From NCBI GenBank assembly GCA_963575745.1, contig CAUYUJ010000016.1, forward strand, positions 62,001-119,594: a stretch of DNA of 57,594 nt, in the 5' to 3' direction. Position 1 is the first letter of the stretch; the number at the start of each line of letters is the position of its first letter. Source of the DNA: Prorocentrum cordatum (lineage: Eukaryota). The position numbers and the translations under genes are program-made. The notes beneath the pieces are model-generated. The model did not search any database. It was not told the origin of the DNA and saw nothing but the letters and a program-made list of their open reading frames with translations. Below, in pieces: positions 51,511 through 57,594 of the stretch.

Positions 51511-52985
51511 AATTCATAAAACCACTCCTAGGACCGCACGCTCTCACCGGCCCACCTCCTACTCCTGGGTACGTCTCTCCACGTTTGCTGCTGTTCGGGT
51601 GCTTCGCTGGGGTAATTTAGTTCCAGGCCTTAGGAGAGAGGCACACCTCGAGGAATTGCCTCCCGCATCTTCTCGCGACGCTGCACCCCGAGGGTGTCCA
51701 GAGACCCCCCCTGAGTTCCCCCCCCCGAGGCCTCCAGAGAAGCCGAGAACAAATCCCAAGAACCCCCCCCATTTCGAAAAAAGAGAGGCCCGCCAAAAAA
51801 CCTCCGTGCCCAGACATCCGACGACGTGACTTTTTTCAGTGCTGGGCCCCCGAGCACCCGACCCCTTCTCCAAGGGGACAATGATTTGGTCGACCCACAA
51901 GGGCGTAGGGGGTGGTGAAATAGATCTGGGGCAATTGTGTTGCCAATGTACTGCGCCGGAGAGTTGTATTGCATTGCGTTGCGACGAATGTCTTGCGCGC
52001 GAGAATCCGGCACCACATTTGCGCCCTGGATCGTCTTGTACACCCCGAATCTATTGAAACCCCTCTCTATTGCACCATGTCCCTTGCACCACCCCCTTTT
52101 CGCTGAACTCCCCTTTTGGGGTCAACCAGATCCTCCTCCTCCTCCTCCTCCTCCTCCTCCTCCTCCTCCTCCTCCTCCTCCTCCTCCTCCTCCTCCTCCT
52201 CCTCCCCCTCCCCCCCCCTCCTCTCCTCCCCTCCTCCTCTCCTCCTCCTCCTCCTCCTCCTCCTCCCCTCCTCCTCCTCCTCCTCCTCTCTCCTCCTCCT
52301 CCTCCTCCTCCTCCTCCTCCCCCTACCCCTCCCACCTCCCTCCTCCTCCTCCTCCTCCTCCTCCTCCTCCTCCTCCTCCTCCTCCTCCTCCTCCTCCTAC
52401 CCCTCACCCTCTTGTGGGTCAACCAGAAATGGTTCGCCCCAGATCTATTCTCGACGGCCCCCAGGTCCGCCGACGGGCCCCCAGGGGCCGACACCGAGGA
52501 CAGAGATGCCTGGCTCCAGGGCACCCTCGCGCCGTCGGAGCCCACGCGCGCGCTCCCTGGTCGAAGGCGAGCGAGCTAAACTTTTCATCTCCGCGCCAGC
52601 TTCTGAGTGGGGGCGATGCGATGGGGGCCAGCTCGGGGGGGGGGAAAGGCTGACCTGGAACCGGCGACGCGCCGCCGACGGATCGGCGAAGGGCACCCGG
52701 CAGCGAAGCCACGCGGTCCTGGGCGGCGGGGGCTCTCAGGCCCCCCATCGGCGACGAATGGGCGCTCTCTGGGGGGGGATCGACGCGCTGCCCCGCTGCG
52801 CCTGCCCCCCTCGTCGTTGCCCCTTGGCATTCGGGCCGCCACGTCGGGTCTCCAGCGGCCGCTCGGGGCGACCCCGGACGCCCTCGGCGAGGCGCGGCTG
52901 CCGGCACGCATCCCGAGGCCGGGAAACCGCCGAGCGCCGGCGAAAACGCCCGGACGCCTGAAGCCTCGAAGCCTCTCGTCCCCTA

Positions 52986-53162
52986 CAGCGGAGGCCAGTC
53001 CACAAGAAACCTCCCACAGGAAACCCAACCCTGAGACCCCCAGTACGTCCACTGATGTTCGGTGTGGGGACGTCACGCTTTCCACAGCAAAGCCATCGAG
53101 ACACAAGATACCCAAGGGGCCCTGGAGGCAAGCAGGGTGTTTCTTGCCATGGGTCTCCACTG
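52986..53162 (+). mobile_element. MITE family C copy
   Basis: TA|cagcggag...ctccactg|CA. Confidence 0.8.
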
Positions 53163-53204
53163 CAAGCCTGAGCCTCTCCCCGCCTAACGCTGCCCCTGGG
53201 CTTC

Positions 53205-53258
53205 CAGGTCGAAGGCGCGCTGGAGGGCCTCCGGCGTGTTCACCGCGCCCCGCACCAC
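53205..53258 (-). CDS. Probable upstream exon of the J-domain protein (VVRGAVNTPEALQRAFDL)
   Basis: gag| acceptor; RG..NTPEA motif recalled from the same family; 3' boundary uncertain. Confidence 0.55.
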
Positions 53259-53829
53259 CTCCGCGGGCAGGGCGGGCGGGGGGCGGTGGGCGCGGCGGAG
53301 GAGGAGGAGGAGGAGGAGGAGGAGGAGGAGGAGGAGGAGGAGGAGGAGGAGGAGGAGGAAGACGAGGAGGAGGTGGAGGAGGAGGAGCAGAAGGAGGAGG
53401 ACGAGGAGGGGGAGGCGCGTGCGCCCGAGCTCGCCCCCGCCGCACAGGGCGAACGGGCGGCGCCAGGCGCGGCGCCGGGCCATGGCGGACTCGGCGCCCG
53501 CGGTGAAGCCTCGCCGCAACCACGCGGCGCACTACTGCGAGGCGGTGACGGGCCCAGCCGGGCCTGGGCCTCGAGAGTGTGAGGCGCTCTTCTTCCCCAT
53601 CCCAATCAGGATGGTACCCGCCCACCAGGTGATGGCAGCCACGACCACCACAAGTAAAGCCACACGAAGACTTGGATACAAAGCACGGACTGGGAGAAGC
53701 AAAGTATACATGGCAGACGTCACATTGATATGGTTCCACCTGTTGGGTAAAGATCACGTCGGGCGTACGGCCAAAAGAACGACGACGGGCATCAGCAGCT
53801 CCACCACCACAAGCGCGGCAGTTTCACTA

Positions 53830-55860
53830 TGAGTGATCAGACGGCGGACTCCTGCCCCTTCAGTCTGAATGCCGACACTCCAGAGCTCGTGCCAAATCTG
53901 GTCACGATGCACTCCTGGACTCCAGCGCCAGCGCGCGCGTCTACAATCCCACCGACGCCCAGCCCGACTCGCCGCACTACACTCAGCCCGACGCCCGTGC
54001 ACCCTCATACGCCTGCGCCTGCGACCCCCTGCCCCACGACCTCGCGCCCGACGGCCTTCACGACGGCCCTCGCGATCCCCCGTCCGACCCGACGGCCCCC
54101 GCGAGCCCCCACCCCGACGGCTCCCACTACTCCCAGCCCTGCCACGACGCCTCGCCACGACGACCCAACGCCCCAGCCTTCCCCTACGCCTGCCCCCACG
54201 ACCCCCTGACGCTGACCCTCCACCCGATCCGACGATCCGACGGCCCCCACGATACCCCACCTAGCACCCCCCCACCCAAAGACTCCCACGACGGCCCCCG
54301 GCCGGCCTGCGACACCTCACCACGACGGCCCGACTCCCCACCCGACGCCCAGCCCGACGCCCAGCCCGACGCCCCACCCCACTCCCTGCCCGACGCCTCG
54401 CCGAGCGACCACCCCGCCACGAGTTCCTTCTTACGGGACTACCTCGGCTGCGCGGGCAGCGCTACTTGCACGGACGGCCAGACTGCTCACGGGATGGACG
54501 ACCCGACAACCGACCCTGCGGCCGACTCGACGCCACCCCTCGACGCAGCACCCAAGGACACCCGCTCGACCCACCCCCTCCCGACTGCCCCCCCGGTGCG
54601 GACGCAGACGACGCCCGCCGCGGCGGCGACGACGACCACGACGAAGCCTGCGCCGACAGACGACCCGACGCCCCGCGCTGCCCGACGCCAGAGCCCTGCC
54701 CGACCCCCACCCCCGACTCCCAGCCCTACGCCCCGCCGCACCCCCTTCCCGACGCCTTGCCCGACGACTACCCCGCGCCAGCCTGTCTGCTTGCGGTTGC
54801 TTCCCCTCTCCACCTCTTCCTTGCCTCTCTCTCTTTCCTATTGCTCCCTGCCTGCTGCCTCCGCCCGGCCCCCCTCCACTTGGGCAGGGACAGACCGTCC
54901 CGGCATTTCTATAGTCCTACCACGAAATGATCTTAGAACCCAGCAATGCTCTAAAAACAAAAACAATGTTCTTAGAACTTAAGCCTCATGTGCTACAACA
55001 AGACGGCCCCAGCCAGACATGTTCTAAGAACATTTCGTGGAAACCACAAAAGGTTCTTATAACATTGTTTGGCAGGGCTATAGGCGCGCCAGGACGCGCC
55101 GCCACTGCTTGATCCACCTGCCCGCCCGCCTGGCCGGCCCCGGCCTTCCGCCCTGCGCGGTGCGCCGCTGCCTGCCTGCTCCTTCCATCCTGCTCCTCCC
55201 ACGCCTGGCAGCGCAGCCTGCCCGGAGACCCGCGCGGCGGCGCGCAGGGCTCTATACCGGCGGCTCCCCCCCCCCCCTCTTTGGGAGTCCGCCTCGGCAG
55301 TGCAGGCGGTGCGCTCCGGGGGGGCAGCTCGCCAGGAGAGCCGACGGAACGCGCCCGCCTTCTGACTGGGACTGCCTCGGCTACGCGGCCAGCAGTACCT
55401 GCACGGACGGCCAGACGGCCCACAAGACGGACGGCCCCCGACCCCTCGGCCGATCCGACACCGTCCCTGACCGCCGACCCGCCGACGGGACGCGACCCAA
55501 CGACGCAACCGACGGCCGACCAGCCGCCCAACCCGACCGCCTCCACGCCGCCCAAGCCGTCGCCTGGCCCGGCCAACCCCACGGCCGACCCGTTGGCCCA
55601 CCGCGCCGCCGGCCCAACGGCCTGCCCGAGGGCCTCTACGACAACGCTGCGCAGCAGCCTGAGCTTGGCCGAGACGAGCAAAGCAACTCCAGGGGAGATG
55701 AGGACTAGGGCGACGACCCTCCTGGCGACCTCCCCCGCGTCCCCCCACTTTCCCGACGCCCTACCCGCCGCCCCACCCGACCCTCCACCCCAACTCGACG
55801 GTCCCGACGCTCCTTCCCCGCCTCGCCTCACGACGCCAGAGTCGACGCACCCAAGTGGAT
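53830..55860 (+). pseudogene. Disrupted Pro/Thr-rich (PTxxPT) repeat coding sequence with a duplicated Cys-containing module
   Basis: ccgacg/cccacg codon repeats drift across frames; module DYLGCAGSATCTDGQTAH (~54437) recurs as DCLGYAASSTCTDGQTAH (~55370); interrupted by a family B MITE. Confidence 0.45.
54880..55112 (+). mobile_element. MITE family B copy
   Basis: ttgggcag...ctgcttga, flanks tccac/tccac. Confidence 0.8.
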
Positions 55861-56379
55861 GACATCCTCCTCCTCGTCCTCCTCCTCTTCTTCCTCGTCC
55901 TCCTCCTCGTCCTCCTCCTCCTCCTCCTCCGCCTCCTCCTCCTCCCTCTTTTCCTCCGCCTCCTCCTCCCCCTTTTCCTCCCCCTTCTCCTCCTCCTCGA
56001 CTACGGTCGGAACCGGGATAGAAGAACATGCAGTCGGCCCGTATCAGAAGGAGGCGCGATGAGGATGCGAGCGGGGCGCGGCCAGCGAAAGTGGCCAAGC
56101 ATGCACCGAGGAGGCAAGGATGCGGGTTGACCGTAGGGCCACCCGCCGAGGGCGCCTGGCAGAATCTCCTCGGGGCCTCCTGCGCCACGAAGGTGTATAC
56201 ACACACACACGCCCTCCAGCGGATTCTTTTCCCCAGTCAGAGCTTGCCTCTGTCGGCAAGGGGTTCTGGCGGATTCATATGGTTAAGTCAACGTCGCGGC
56301 CGATTTTGGTGGCCGGGCCGGGTGCCCAGGCGCCCGTCGCCGCCGAGCTCGGTGGCCGGGCCTGGGTGCCCAGGGGCCC

Positions 56380-56580
56380 GGGGGATGCCCGGGTGCCGGG
56401 GGGTGCCCGGAGGTGCCCCGGGGTGTCCGGGTGCCCGAGTGCCCGGGTGCCCAATAGCCCTATAGCTCTACAGCCCTACAGCCCTATAACCCTATAGCCT
56501 TAGAGCCCTAGAGCCCTATAGCACTATAGCCCAATCGCCCAATAACCCTATCTCCCTATAGCCATAGAGCCCTATAGCCC
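56380..56580. repeat. Short tandem repeats (gggtgccc)n followed by (gccctata)n
   Basis: Direct inspection. Confidence 0.85.
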
Positions 56581-57594
56581 CCCAAAACATCTGATTGAGG
56601 TTTCTCCGGTATCATGCATGTGCCTTCAGGGAGGGCGGCGGTGTATGACATCGCTGGCTGTCAGTGGTGATATATGCACCGCCACCCTTCCCAGGACCAG
56701 CAATCATCCACTGGAGCGCGTCTGTGTTTATCTGTTCTGTCGCAGATCTCCTGGCACCCGCAGAGGTACCTCAAACATGTGCGGCGCAATCTACTTTTGT
56801 CCAGTGCGCTCTGGGCATGGGGTACGGGCGAAATACTGGTTGGCGCCCCTTCTCCAATGTCGGTCATCGTGGAGCTTCGGAATCGCGCCGGCCCGGACCG
56901 CGTTGCGCTCAGATTCGACATGGGCGGGGGCGACACTGACGGGGCGAGAGGGAGCGACACTGCAGGGGCGCGCCAACAACTTCTAAGGTCAATGTTGCCG
57001 AGGGTTGTAGGAAACGGCCGAGGCATCCAGCAGGCCACCTGGTGAGGGGCAACGATAAAGGTGGGGGACTGGTTCACACACAGATCCGCGATAGGCCCCC
57101 GATGGCGAATTCGCACGCTCGGGAGCAGGTTTGGGCTATCGGGCCCGTAGTGGGCTTTGGAAACGACAAGGCGATTTTCGTTACTGGAACCATATGGAGT
57201 TTGTTCCAAGTCCTTTGCCGTTTTCTTGCCGATTCTGGTTCCCGTTTCGTTTTTCGAGCCATTGTTTCGCCGTTTCCAGTTGCCGTTCTTGTTGCCGCTT
57301 CCATTTTCAAGAGGCGCTGTTTCGGAAACGATGAACAAACGGCCGTGCTGTTTCCGCGGCCTGCTAAGATCGGGCCCTATCGGCGATGAATGGCCGATTG
57401 GGGGTCGATGCGTTCTTCCCTGTGCCTATCCCCCCCCTCCCGATGCCCCTGAGCCCTCCCCTCGTCGCAGGCTGCCGCCGCCGCGGAGGTAAGACGAGGC
57501 CAGGACAAGGACCAATTCGGGCGAGGATAAATCGAGAATCTCTGACATCGAGCGGCTCTAGACCTCGCCCTCCCCCTCGCCCTCCCCCCGCCCC

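Noticed and set aside
53430..53510. Further upstream J-protein exon (GFTAGAESAMA...)
   Set aside because: Plausible position, but frame and splice sites could not be resolved.

Overview
GC-rich eukaryotic scaffold with two 100-N gaps (16302-16401, 43743-43842). GC and GA splice donors, small exons in large repeat-filled introns and abundant (GAG/CCT)n tracts suggest a dinoflagellate genome (inference). Most long six-frame ORFs are low-complexity artefacts. Supported content: (1) a 6-exon PDX1 (PLP synthase subunit) gene on the minus strand; (2) at least 7 small minus-strand exons (53258 down to 16883) that join in frame into a J-domain co-chaperone, which would place PDX1 and two retroelements inside one 21.3-kb intron; (3) a frameshifted APE-RT non-LTR retrotransposon with an extra overlapping ORF at its 3' end; (4) a degenerate DIRS-like RT/RNase H element ending in a repeat-spacer-repeat terminus; (5) at least five short TIR element (MITE) families, three distinguished by flanking duplication (8 bp, 5 bp, TA); (6) a 19-copy 73-bp tandem array, other minisatellites and microsatellites. 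All calls were made by eye; no database searches were run.
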